DNA of 64,000 nt from a virus (IMGVR_UViG_3300032007_000003:96001-160000), one strand, 5' to 3'; shown: positions 50,638-59,082, counted from the first letter of the stretch. Made by a program: numbers and translations. The notes: generated from the sequence alone by a model not told the origin.

Positions 50638-50670
50638 TTTGGTCAGTTCAATTTTTTTTTGTATATTTAC
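50638..50670 (+). promoter_or_regulatory. Bacteroidota-type promoter overlapping a hairpin
   Basis: TTTG-N20-TATATTTAC. Confidence 0.7.
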
Positions 50671-50693
50671 ACCATGAATAAAATAATAGAATT

Positions 50694-51440
50694 ATGAGCG
50701 AGAAAGATAAAGAAGAGAGGGTAAAAAAGGTATTAACTCTTTCAAATGAAGAAGTAGATGCTTGGTGGGAAGACAAGTTTAAGGAGTCTCTTAGAAAGAA
50801 ACATGATGAGGTAAAGGAGCACCCATTTTGGCGTACCCTTTCAAATGATTTCCATGTTGATTGCATGGATAAAATGCGAGACATGCTTAATGAGTTCATT
50901 GAGTTTTTTAACAAGGATACTATTGAAAGATGTCCTCAAGCCTTAATTATGCTTGAACTGATGCATAACATTTTTGATTCAATGTTAAAGGCAAAGATTA
51001 TGCCAAAGTATCACCATAAGACAATTATGGAAACAAAGGCATTTGGCAATTATATTCTTTGTCTTCAGACAGCGTTGCAGTTGGTACACTATTACCTCGA
51101 TAACATTTACAGTGAGAGGGATGTCGTAGGTTATGACCCACATCTTAACTGGAATGATGAGGAGGAAACTTATGACTCTTGCCCATATACCAAATATACA
51201 GCTTTGGAAAATGGTGATGGGACATACAGATTAGTCCAAATTATCGATAAGGATGAAGTGGATAAATTTGCTGAATGGGAAAAGGAAGCTGCCACTGAAT
51301 ATGCTAAGATAGCAAAAGATTTCGCTGAACGTGGATTTAAGGACTATGCCGAATATAACATTAAGAAAGCTGAATATTATAAGGAGAAATATGAAGATTT
51401 GATTGACAACAAGGAGAAACATTTTATCATCAAAAAATAA
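50694..51440 (+). CDS. Hypothetical early protein
   Basis: ORF. Confidence 0.65.
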   Translation: MSEKDKEERVKKVLTLSNEEVDAWWEDKFKESLRKKHDEVKEHPFWRTLSNDFHVDCMDKMRDMLNEFIEFFNKDTIERCPQALIMLELMHNIFDSMLKAKIMPKYHHKTIMETKAFGNYILCLQTALQLVHYYLDNIYSERDVVGYDPHLNWNDEEETYDSCPYTKYTALENGDGTYRLVQIIDKDEVDKFAEWEKEAATEYAKIAKDFAERGFKDYAEYNIKKAEYYKEKYEDLIDNKEKHFIIKK

Positions 51441-51835
51441 TGAACAAATTATCAGTTAAACATTTTAATTTCAAAACTACATACCGTTTGGAGAATGAGG
51501 ATGGGACTTTGTTAACTAGATTGGAAATCGATAGACTATACATGGAGAAATCTCGAAAAGAACGTTTAGGTTTCCCAATCGATGAAAGCGTTTATTATCT
51601 CTGTGACTTTGTTACCCCACGAGAACACAAGCGCAAGGGTTATGGTAGAGAGCTACTTAACCGAATAAAGGAAGAAACAAAGGGACAGTTCATCTACTTA
51701 ATTGTTCATTCATCAAATGAGGAAGCTTTTCCAGATGATAAGTTGGTTGAATTTTACAAGTCAGTCGGATTTAAGGTTCATAAGCAGAAGGATGAATACA
51801 AGTATTACACTTGGATGGTATTAGATAACAGATAA
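51440..51835 (+). CDS. GNAT-family N-acetyltransferase
   Basis: 'FVTPREHKRKGYGRELL', 'LVEFYKSVGF'. Confidence 0.85.
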   Translation: MNKLSVKHFNFKTTYRLENEDGTLLTRLEIDRLYMEKSRKERLGFPIDESVYYLCDFVTPREHKRKGYGRELLNRIKEETKGQFIYLIVHSSNEEAFPDDKLVEFYKSVGFKVHKQKDEYKYYTWMVLDNR

Positions 51836-51897
51836 AGGGTGCTAGAAATAGCATCCTTTTTTTGTTATTATGATATTTATATAAAAAATAATGTTAT

Positions 51898-52107
51898 ATG
51901 ATTTCAGAGAGCAGAATAAGAGAGATTATCAATGAGGAAATAAGCAAGACTGAGGTTGAATCGATTGTATCCAACCGTCTATCTTCTGCCTATAATTCAA
52001 GGGACTTTAAGAAAGCGGTTAAGGATATAACGGCAGATGTAATTGAAGACTTATTCCGCACCTTGTGGAATCGTAGCAGCACATGGAAGGGAGGAGTTAC
52101 TAGATGA
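51898..52107 (+). CDS. Small late protein
   Basis: 'ISESRIREIINEEI'; GATATTTATA at 51872-51881. Confidence 0.6.
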   Translation: MISESRIREIINEEISKTEVESIVSNRLSSAYNSRDFKKAVKDITADVIEDLFRTLWNRSSTWKGGVTR

Positions 52108-52499
52108 AGTTAATACACATCAATGAGGCAGTATTCAACAGACTCCTAGAGGATAATAGAAGACCACCTTTTCAAGACTTTTACGACAGCGTTGTTGCGT
52201 TCATAGAGGGAATGCGCAAAGACCCTATAAGAACAGTCCCAAACGAGCTTTTAAAAGGTTGTGGACTTCATAATGGAGAGCTTAGAAAGAAACTTTATGA
52301 CTATGGGATAATCACCAAGGATGAGAGAATTGATGAACCATATGACGAAACAACTGGTAGCCAACAATCTCGTTATTACGTAACATACGATTGGTCTGAG
52401 AGAATTAAGAAGGAAATGAAGGATAAGGAGAGGATTGGGAATCCAATGAAAAAAGCATTTATAAGGAAACTATATAATGATTTCTTTAATATAAAATAA
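52104..52499 (+). CDS. Tagged late protein
   Basis: 'MKLIHINEAVFNRLLED'. Confidence 0.6.
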   Translation: MKLIHINEAVFNRLLEDNRRPPFQDFYDSVVAFIEGMRKDPIRTVPNELLKGCGLHNGELRKKLYDYGIITKDERIDEPYDETTGSQQSRYYVTYDWSERIKKEMKDKERIGNPMKKAFIRKLYNDFFNIK

Positions 52500-52524
52500 A
52501 ACTTAGTAAAAAAAGAAAAAAAAT

Positions 52525-52695
52525 ATGAAAGACAAAGTAAGAACTCTTGATTTTTATGGCTTTGATGATGATAATACAATGTATGATGTAAACTCATACT
52601 CTATTTCAAGCGTTAAGGAGGTTAAGAATAAGAAATACATCAGGCCTGATGAAGAAGAACCAATCACTAGTGGTGATACCGAAACTAATAATTAA
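52525..52695 (+). CDS. 56-aa hypothetical protein (not in ORF track)
   Basis: MKDKVRTLDFYGF...TNN*. Confidence 0.5.
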   Translation: MKDKVRTLDFYGFDDDNTMYDVNSYSISSVKEVKNKKYIRPDEEEPITSGDTETNN

Positions 52696-52721
52696 TTATT
52701 AAAATAGAAAGAGATAAAATC

Positions 52722-53126
52722 ATGAATAAACCTATTCAATTAACAGAGCAAGACCTTCATATGTTGGTGGAGGACGCAGTAAGAGCATACCTTACAGAGA
52801 ATGGTATGGACGAAGGATGGTTTGGTGACAAGTGGAATCAAACTAAGACAGCAGCTAATACCATGTTCCAAGGAAACAAAGGAACTGGTTTGAAACAGAA
52901 ATTCAATAATGCTAGACAGAATTGGAACACCCAAGGCCAGTTGAATGGATTGAACAATTTAAGACAGCAACTTGAGCAGTTCATCGATACTGGACAGCTA
53001 AATCCACAGATGACAATTGCGCAACTTATTGGTGGTAAGTACAATGGTAACAAGTTTGGTAGAATGAGTGGTATGATTGGAAATAGACAATCTCAGATTT
53101 CTAAAAGAGGTGGTCAATACAACTAA
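52722..53126 (+). CDS. Tagged late protein
   Basis: 'IQLTEQDLHMLVEDAVRAYLTE..MDEG'. Confidence 0.65.
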   Translation: MNKPIQLTEQDLHMLVEDAVRAYLTENGMDEGWFGDKWNQTKTAANTMFQGNKGTGLKQKFNNARQNWNTQGQLNGLNNLRQQLEQFIDTGQLNPQMTIAQLIGGKYNGNKFGRMSGMIGNRQSQISKRGGQYN

Positions 53127-53149
53127 CGTAATAAAATCCAAGAAAGAGG

Positions 53150-53539
53150 CTAGTCTTTCTTGGATTTTTTCTTAAGTGGACAACTGCTTATTGTAATTCC
53201 TAAATTAAATTCCGTATTTAGTTGATGCATCTTTTTTCTAAACTGAAACCCATGTTTAAAGAAAAGATATTCATTTTTCTTTTTAATTGACTTCACGTAA
53301 TGATGAATCATTTCGTGGACAATTACCTCACGCAATACTTCCTCAGTCCAATCAACGTCATTGGTAATCCATATTTTGCCGTGAACAGTACCATCATCAT
53401 CTTGTTTGTTTGTATAACGACCATATGTACATTTATCTAATTTAATATAATGACAGTCGCACATAGATAATTCCCCATTAAAGTACATCTTATTGTACTT
53501 TTTGTATAATTCTTTTATTAATTCCTTTGTAACTTTCAT
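53150..53539 (-). CDS. Short SprT-like metalloprotease
   Basis: 'YNKMYFNGEL', 'IVHEMIH', 'HGFQF'. Confidence 0.8.
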   Translation of the reverse strand: MKVTKELIKELYKKYNKMYFNGELSMCDCHYIKLDKCTYGRYTNKQDDDGTVHGKIWITNDVDWTEEVLREVIVHEMIHHYVKSIKKKNEYLFFKHGFQFRKKMHQLNTEFNLGITISSCPLKKKSKKD

Positions 53540-53543
53540 AATG

Positions 53544-53575
53544 TAAATATACGAAATCTTTTATAAATAGCCAAA
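53544..53575 (-). promoter_or_regulatory. Bacteroidota-type promoter with a late-like motif in its spacer
   Basis: Minus strand reads TTTG-N20-TATATTTA(C); the spacer contains CTATTTATA. Confidence 0.65.
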
Positions 53576-53651
53576 TATTAAGTGTTAAATTATGTTTAAT
53601 AAAAATTTTGGTATAAGTGTGATATTTATATTTAAATAAATGTCTTTAGAT

Positions 53652-53993
53652 ATGAACAAGATAATTAGACTTACAGAGAGTGACCTACATAATATTGTAA
53701 AGGAAGCTGTATATAGAATATTGAAAGAAGATGGTGAAATTGGTGGTGGCGGTGCTACAAACTGTGTTGGTATCAACGTAGGTGGTGCTGCTGGACAAGC
53801 TAAGAACCATATTGATGCACCTGCTTTTGGTGGGAAAAATAAAAAAAAAGTAGGAGGAAACGCATTTAGTGAGCCAATTATGAGACAAGCTCATAATCTT
53901 GGTGATGTAACTAAAGCCCCAGCAAATCAAGTTGATATGAAGCCAGCATTGGATAGAACTCCTGGTTTCTCAATGGGCACACGCAAGAAGTAG
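53652..53993 (+). CDS. Tagged late protein (Gly-rich)
   Basis: 'MNKIIRLTESDLHNIVKEAVYRILKED'; GATATTTATA at 53621-53630. Confidence 0.65.
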   Translation: MNKIIRLTESDLHNIVKEAVYRILKEDGEIGGGGATNCVGINVGGAAGQAKNHIDAPAFGGKNKKKVGGNAFSEPIMRQAHNLGDVTKAPANQVDMKPALDRTPGFSMGTRKK

Positions 53994-53999
53994 TTTATT

Positions 54000-54161
54000 A
54001 TGATAGATTACGAGGCAAATGAGGAAACCATCAAGAAGGTTAGGGAAATCGATGAGCAGATAAAAGAAGAGGACTCTAAGGAAGTTGCTGATGGTGGAAA
54101 ATTGACAAGGCTCATGTTTGAGCAGTTATTAAGAGGAATTTATATAAATCAATTTAAATAA
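54000..54161 (+). CDS. 53-aa hypothetical protein (not in ORF track)
   Basis: MIDYEANEETIKK...QFK*. Confidence 0.5.
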   Translation: MIDYEANEETIKKVREIDEQIKEEDSKEVADGGKLTRLMFEQLLRGIYINQFK

Positions 54162-54168
54162 TAATATT

Positions 54169-54990
54169 ATGATAGCAAAAATTAACGTAGGCGATTTGAG
54201 AAGAGTTATCAAGGAAAGTCAAAACGAGTTTAAGCCAACAGTTTTTGGAATGGATAAGTCGAAAGAAATCAATGACAAGGCTTACAGTGATATCAAGAAG
54301 GAAACTGAGAAGTATGATGGTGGTCTCACCAAAGAGAAAAAACAAATTGGTGGTGGCATCTCAGCTACTGACAACAAAGGTATGCACGATTTGACTTATG
54401 ATAACATTAATAAGCCTTTCCAAGACAGAGTTAAGTCTCAGATGAAAGGTTATCCATCAAAGGATGCCGAAACCAAACACAAGGATGATGAGTTTGGGAA
54501 TGCAACATTTGACAATGATGGAAATATTTATAATGCAGCTAAAGACCATGCTAAAGCTGTTAAGGACGGTAAGGACGCAGCAGTTGAAATTGGTCTAACT
54601 GGTAGTAAACTTAATAAAACTGACGTAGAAAAACAAAGAAAAACAATGGGAGAATCAAAGAAAATCAAAATGCTTACCTTTAAGAATACACAATTTATTT
54701 CTGAGAATCATATGCTGACAAGAATTCCAGATGAATATAAGACAGAGGGTAATAGATTTGTGATGAAAGACAGTGCCGATAATCAATATCTTGTTGAATG
54801 GCATGCTAAAGAGCCAATGGTTACTAAGAAACCAAATATGACCTTGGTAAATGAACAGAAGGAAAGAATGAAACAGCTTTGGGGTTACAAATGCGCAGAG
54901 GCTAAGACTTCAACTTCTAGTTTTAGAGTACAAGAGGACAAGGGTTTCGCAGACATGGTAAACAAGGCTAGAAAGTTAATGAAGGATTAA
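54169..54990 (+). CDS. Hypothetical late protein
   Basis: 'KINVGDLRRVIKES' tag-like start. Confidence 0.6.
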   Translation: MIAKINVGDLRRVIKESQNEFKPTVFGMDKSKEINDKAYSDIKKETEKYDGGLTKEKKQIGGGISATDNKGMHDLTYDNINKPFQDRVKSQMKGYPSKDAETKHKDDEFGNATFDNDGNIYNAAKDHAKAVKDGKDAAVEIGLTGSKLNKTDVEKQRKTMGESKKIKMLTFKNTQFISENHMLTRIPDEYKTEGNRFVMKDSADNQYLVEWHAKEPMVTKKPNMTLVNEQKERMKQLWGYKCAEAKTSTSSFRVQEDKGFADMVNKARKLMKD

Positions 54991-55015
54991 TAATGATTTA
55001 ATTAATAGTGAAGAA

Positions 55016-55783
55016 ATGAAAAACAATGACATAAACATTAATTTAAATCAGTCTAGTGGTGATGATAAGATTTCATCAGTTACAAAAGCTATCAAGGGTG
55101 CTGCTGATACAATAGCAGATGCTTCATGGAAAAGAATTGTTAAAGTTTATTTGGTTGTGTTTTTCTTTCTAGCCACAGCATTGGGCGGTCTATTTATATA
55201 TAATATAGAGACAGACAAAGAGGTAATGCACCAGACTGCTATGAAAATGGTGCAAGAGAAGAAAGAAGAGAGTATTAGAGATTTCGTTGTAACTCCAAAG
55301 GTACAGAAGGATATTGAAATACTTCTTTATACTCTCAATGCAGATAGAGTGTTTATATTTGAACTACACAATGGTAAAAAGAACATAAGCGGTTTACCTT
55401 TTAAGTATGCTGATATGACATATGAAGTTGCAAATAGGGAAAGAGGCGTTGATAGGTGTTATACCAAATATCAAGACGTACCTTTGACTATGTACAAATA
55501 TCCGGACTATATGCATAAGAAAAAGTTCATGATTGGCACTGTTGATGATATAGAGAAAATTGATTACGAATTCGCAAAGTGTACTAGAGAAGATGGAGGT
55601 GAATACCTTGCAATGGTATATATTAATGGAAGTGATGGAACACCTTTAGCATTCCTTGGTGTTTCATTCCATAGCAAAAAAGAAGCTCCATCTGATGAAA
55701 TCATTGAAGATAAATTAAAATCATATGGTAAAGCCATAGGTGAACTCATTGATTTGAAAGTACAAATGAATAAATCTAATTAA
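55016..55783 (+). CDS. Putative T4-gpT-like holin (one TM plus GAF-like domain)
   Basis: Single TM, then 'ADRVFIFELHNG....GLPF.Y.DMTYE' and 'LAFLGVSF'. Confidence 0.5.
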   Translation: MKNNDININLNQSSGDDKISSVTKAIKGAADTIADASWKRIVKVYLVVFFFLATALGGLFIYNIETDKEVMHQTAMKMVQEKKEESIRDFVVTPKVQKDIEILLYTLNADRVFIFELHNGKKNISGLPFKYADMTYEVANRERGVDRCYTKYQDVPLTMYKYPDYMHKKKFMIGTVDDIEKIDYEFAKCTREDGGEYLAMVYINGSDGTPLAFLGVSFHSKKEAPSDEIIEDKLKSYGKAIGELIDLKVQMNKSN

Positions 55784-55786
55784 GTT

Positions 55787-56491
55787 ATGATTAAAGATTT
55801 CTTAAAAAAGTTTTATAACAAATATTCTTCATGGATAATCACATTTTTGATTATCTTGATAGTGGGGTTGGTGGCATATTTCAACTACAGACTTCAACAG
55901 AAACAGAAGGAGATAGATGAAATAGAGTTCACCGACACCACTGGAACGTATCACAAGGTGTATTATGAGAAGAAGTTTAAGGAACTCAAGAAAGAAAATA
56001 GAGAGTTGTATGATTCTCTGAAGCAATATAAGGATAAAATAGACTATATTGTACAATTCTATCACGAGAAGGAATATAATACTGGTCAAAACAGTAATAA
56101 ACCAATTATTAAAGATAGCGTTGTTAACGATACTAGTTTCATTAAGATTCCTAATGTATGTAGAACATATGAATATACTAGTGAACCAAACGACACGTTC
56201 CAATATAAACTCAGTGTGAACTCGCTGACGCAGCCTAATTGGTATCTCATACAAGCTAAGGTGAAAAACAAATTCACCATTGTAAATAAAGAAGAAGGTG
56301 GAGCTAACCATATAACGATTAAACCAGATAATGGTGGAATAATAACAAACCCAACTGTTTGGAAAAAGAAAGAGAATAGAAACTTTTTGGATAGATTCTC
56401 ATTCGGTCCAGGTATTACAGCTGGTTATGACCCAATTAATAAACAATGGGGTGTTGTGGTTGGTGCTTCAGTAACATTTGATTTAAAATGA
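55787..56491 (+). CDS. Membrane-anchored protein, candidate spanin
   Basis: N-terminal TM, coiled coil, C-terminal amphipathic beta-hairpin 'FSFGPGITAGYD...WGVVVGASVTF'. Confidence 0.4.
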   Translation: MIKDFLKKFYNKYSSWIITFLIILIVGLVAYFNYRLQQKQKEIDEIEFTDTTGTYHKVYYEKKFKELKKENRELYDSLKQYKDKIDYIVQFYHEKEYNTGQNSNKPIIKDSVVNDTSFIKIPNVCRTYEYTSEPNDTFQYKLSVNSLTQPNWYLIQAKVKNKFTIVNKEEGGANHITIKPDNGGIITNPTVWKKKENRNFLDRFSFGPGITAGYDPINKQWGVVVGASVTFDLK

Positions 56492-56569
56492 GATAAAATG
56501 CTCAACAATTATTGAATTGTTGAGCATTTTTTTTATATTTTATATGGAGTAAAAATATTTAATATAACT

Positions 56570-56770
56570 ATGGAAATTAAAAATGGAAGTATAATAAAGA
56601 CAAAAGATGGTGAATATGTTGTTAAGGAGATAATGAAAATGGTTAATCCTTTCACATTAAAGCCAATTATAATGTGTCTAGTTAACGTTGGTGGTCTTCA
56701 AAGAACAATATCTGAAAATGATATCATCAGTGTTAGGAATAATCATTTAAAAAATATTGAAGAACCATGA
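56570..56770 (+). CDS. Hypothetical protein
   Basis: ORF. Confidence 0.55.
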   Translation: MEIKNGSIIKTKDGEYVVKEIMKMVNPFTLKPIIMCLVNVGGLQRTISENDIISVRNNHLKNIEEP

Positions 56771-56958
56771 TTGCAAGTTTATTATTACAATTAAAGGTGT
56801 TTTTATTTATAATGGCTATATTGACATTGATTGTCGATATATTCCATGTTATAAGTGTATTCCATCTTAAGAGTGGAAAACTAGCTACACAGAACGAGCT
56901 TATCGTTTTCGGTGTTGCATTATCATATATACTAACAATGTTGATTTGTGGATTTTAA
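56767..56958 (+). CDS. Small 2-TM protein
   Basis: Hydrophobic ORF. Confidence 0.55.
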   Translation: MIASLLLQLKVFLFIMAILTLIVDIFHVISVFHLKSGKLATQNELIVFGVALSYILTMLICGF

Positions 56959-57435
56959 ATGAAAAGCTTACAAGAAAGAATGAATGACATGAAGCCTTAT
57001 TTTCGTGGTATAGAAATGTATAATGAGGCTTTAATGGTTAAGGTTGTATATCCAAGAAACTGGAAAGCATATCCTTCCAACGATGGTAGGATAAAGGTCA
57101 CTCCATCAGATGATGGGACTTTAACCTATTACTATGCAGATTCAAAGGATACTAGTTATGAAGATATGTTTGACTTGGTTGAGGAAACAATCAAGGCAAA
57201 CAACGATATCGTGCTTAAACTTAAGCTTCTTAAGGATAAAGTTACTGAATTGAAGGAATTGTTCTCAGAACTTTCATATGATGAACTTACAACGCTTAAA
57301 TTTGTCACTGAGAAGGTTAAAAATGAGAAACCTAAGAGGAAGTACACCAAGAAGAAAAAAGAGGATGAGAAGCCACGAGAAGAGCCTCAAATCGAAGAAA
57401 ATAATGTGGTAGAAGAAACAACGGAGGAGCAATAA
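56959..57435 (+). CDS. Hypothetical protein
   Basis: ORF. Confidence 0.6.
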   Translation: MKSLQERMNDMKPYFRGIEMYNEALMVKVVYPRNWKAYPSNDGRIKVTPSDDGTLTYYYADSKDTSYEDMFDLVEETIKANNDIVLKLKLLKDKVTELKELFSELSYDELTTLKFVTEKVKNEKPKRKYTKKKKEDEKPREEPQIEENNVVEETTEEQ

Positions 57436-57797
57436 TGGAGTGGATTGTTATTTTTGTTTTTTCAATAGTTGCATACGCTATTTCAAACCATTTTGTTTAT
57501 GCCCACGGTCCAGTTCATATATATGACAAGATTAGGGATTTAGCTAATAAACTTAGTCCTAATCTTGGAGAGCTGTTCTCATGTATGATATGTTTTCCTA
57601 CTTGGGTTGGATTTATTCTTAGTGTAGCGAATTCATTTTTCTTACCAGAACTTGCAGTTACTCCAATGATGCTATTACTTGCTGGTTATGCCCCTTGGTG
57701 GGTAATAATGATTCTAGATGGCTTTTTTGCAAGCGGCATTGTATGGTTGATACATACTTTTCAAGAGGCTTTAGAAAGGAGTAATGCAAATGAATGA
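57435..57797 (+). CDS. DUF1360-like membrane protein
   Basis: 'GELFSCMICFPTWVG' plus TM segments. Confidence 0.6.
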   Translation: MEWIVIFVFSIVAYAISNHFVYAHGPVHIYDKIRDLANKLSPNLGELFSCMICFPTWVGFILSVANSFFLPELAVTPMMLLLAGYAPWWVIMILDGFFASGIVWLIHTFQEALERSNANE

Positions 57798-58005
57798 ATA
57801 CGAGAGGGAAGTTATCACTTACAATAGTGAAAAGAAAATGGATGAACTTGCCTTAAAGGGACATCAATGGAATATTGCAGAACAATTGAATGGTACAATG
57901 GGTAAGGATATGGGAGATGTATTAAGCGGTAAGAAGAAGGTTGAATTTACTTTTTGGACTAAAGTAAAATTTAAGATTAATAATTTCTTAAAGATTTTCA
58001 ATTAA
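57790..58005 (+). CDS. Hypothetical protein
   Basis: ORF. Confidence 0.55.
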   Translation: MNEYEREVITYNSEKKMDELALKGHQWNIAEQLNGTMGKDMGDVLSGKKKVEFTFWTKVKFKINNFLKIFN

Positions 58006-58006
58006 A

Positions 58007-58258
58007 ATGGAATTTAAATTTGGCACTTTTAGCATATTTGAACTTGGTCAAATGATTTCAGAGAAACTAAAGGAAGATGGGGTTACAAATCAATCTGTAC
58101 TTTATGTATATCTCAATGAGGAAGAGTTCAAGAAGGTCGATGAGGATTTGTTTTTAAGAAATAGAAAGAATGAAGATGAAGAGTTTATACCGTCTGAGGG
58201 AGAAATAGATATAAACATTGATTTGACTAAAATTATTATTAAGCAGAAAACAGTATGA
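58007..58258 (+). CDS. Hypothetical protein
   Basis: ORF. Confidence 0.55.
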   Translation: MEFKFGTFSIFELGQMISEKLKEDGVTNQSVLYVYLNEEEFKKVDEDLFLRNRKNEDEEFIPSEGEIDINIDLTKIIIKQKTV

Positions 58259-58809
58259 ATGTAATTAAAACTGATATAGAAGGTGTTGTAATTATAGAAC
58301 CAAAAATATTTGAGGATTCTAGAGGATATTTCTTTGAATCGTTCTCACAAAGGGAATTTGATGAAAAGGTTGCACCAATTGTATTCCTACAAGACAATGA
58401 AAGCAAATCATCCTATGGTGTTATGAGAGGATTACATTTTCAAAAGCCACCTTTTACACAAAGTAAGTTGGTAAGATGTGTAAAGGGGTCGGTATTAGAC
58501 GTTGCCGTAGATATAAGGAAAGGTAGCCCTACATATGGAAAGCATGTTGCTGTTGAACTAACAGAAGATAACCATAGACAATTATTCATTCCAAAGGGGT
58601 TTGCACATGGTTTTGCAGTTCTAAGTGATACAGCAATATTCCAATATAAATGTGATGACTTCTATCATCCAGAGGCTGATGGTGGAATAAGTATTCTAGA
58701 TGAGTCTCTTGAAATAGATTGGAAGATTCCAACTGATAAGGCAATATTATCAGATAAGGATACAAAACATCCAATGTTGAAGAACTTTGATACACCATTT
58801 ACAAAATAA
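58255..58809 (+). CDS. rfbC: dTDP-4-dehydrorhamnose 3,5-epimerase
   Basis: 'D.RGYFFESF', 'QDNES.S..GV.RGLHFQ', 'DVAVDIRKGSPTYG', 'GFAHGF', 'YKCD.FY'. Confidence 0.95.
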   Translation: MNVIKTDIEGVVIIEPKIFEDSRGYFFESFSQREFDEKVAPIVFLQDNESKSSYGVMRGLHFQKPPFTQSKLVRCVKGSVLDVAVDIRKGSPTYGKHVAVELTEDNHRQLFIPKGFAHGFAVLSDTAIFQYKCDDFYHPEADGGISILDESLEIDWKIPTDKAILSDKDTKHPMLKNFDTPFTK

Positions 58810-58814
58810 TAAGT

Positions 58815-58843
58815 AAAGAGTGGGGAATAGTCCTCACTCTTTT
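58815..58843. terminator. Bidirectional terminator
   Basis: AAAGAGTGGGGA-ATAG-TCCTCACTCTTT. Confidence 0.75.
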
Positions 58844-59079
58844 TCTTTTGTCCATTTCTTATCTATTTCTCCATTGTCATAACTTTTAAACGATGTGGAA
58901 CAACCACCATATCTAACTCTCATACCTCCTTTGTTTCCAACAGAATATAGTTCACAGTTGTTGAATACTATATTTTCTCCATTAGCGTTCACTATGACAT
59001 ATTGTATTGTATTATCGTCAAATATTATTAATTGGTCTTTTGTACCATTTATGATACCATCTTGTGTATATTTTTCCAT
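58834..59079 (-). CDS. Hypothetical protein
   Basis: ORF. Confidence 0.55.
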   Translation of the reverse strand: MEKYTQDGIINGTKDQLIIFDDNTIQYVIVNANGENIVFNNCELYSVGNKGGMRVRYGGCSTSFKSYDNGEIDKKWTKEKE

Positions 59080-59082
59080 AAT

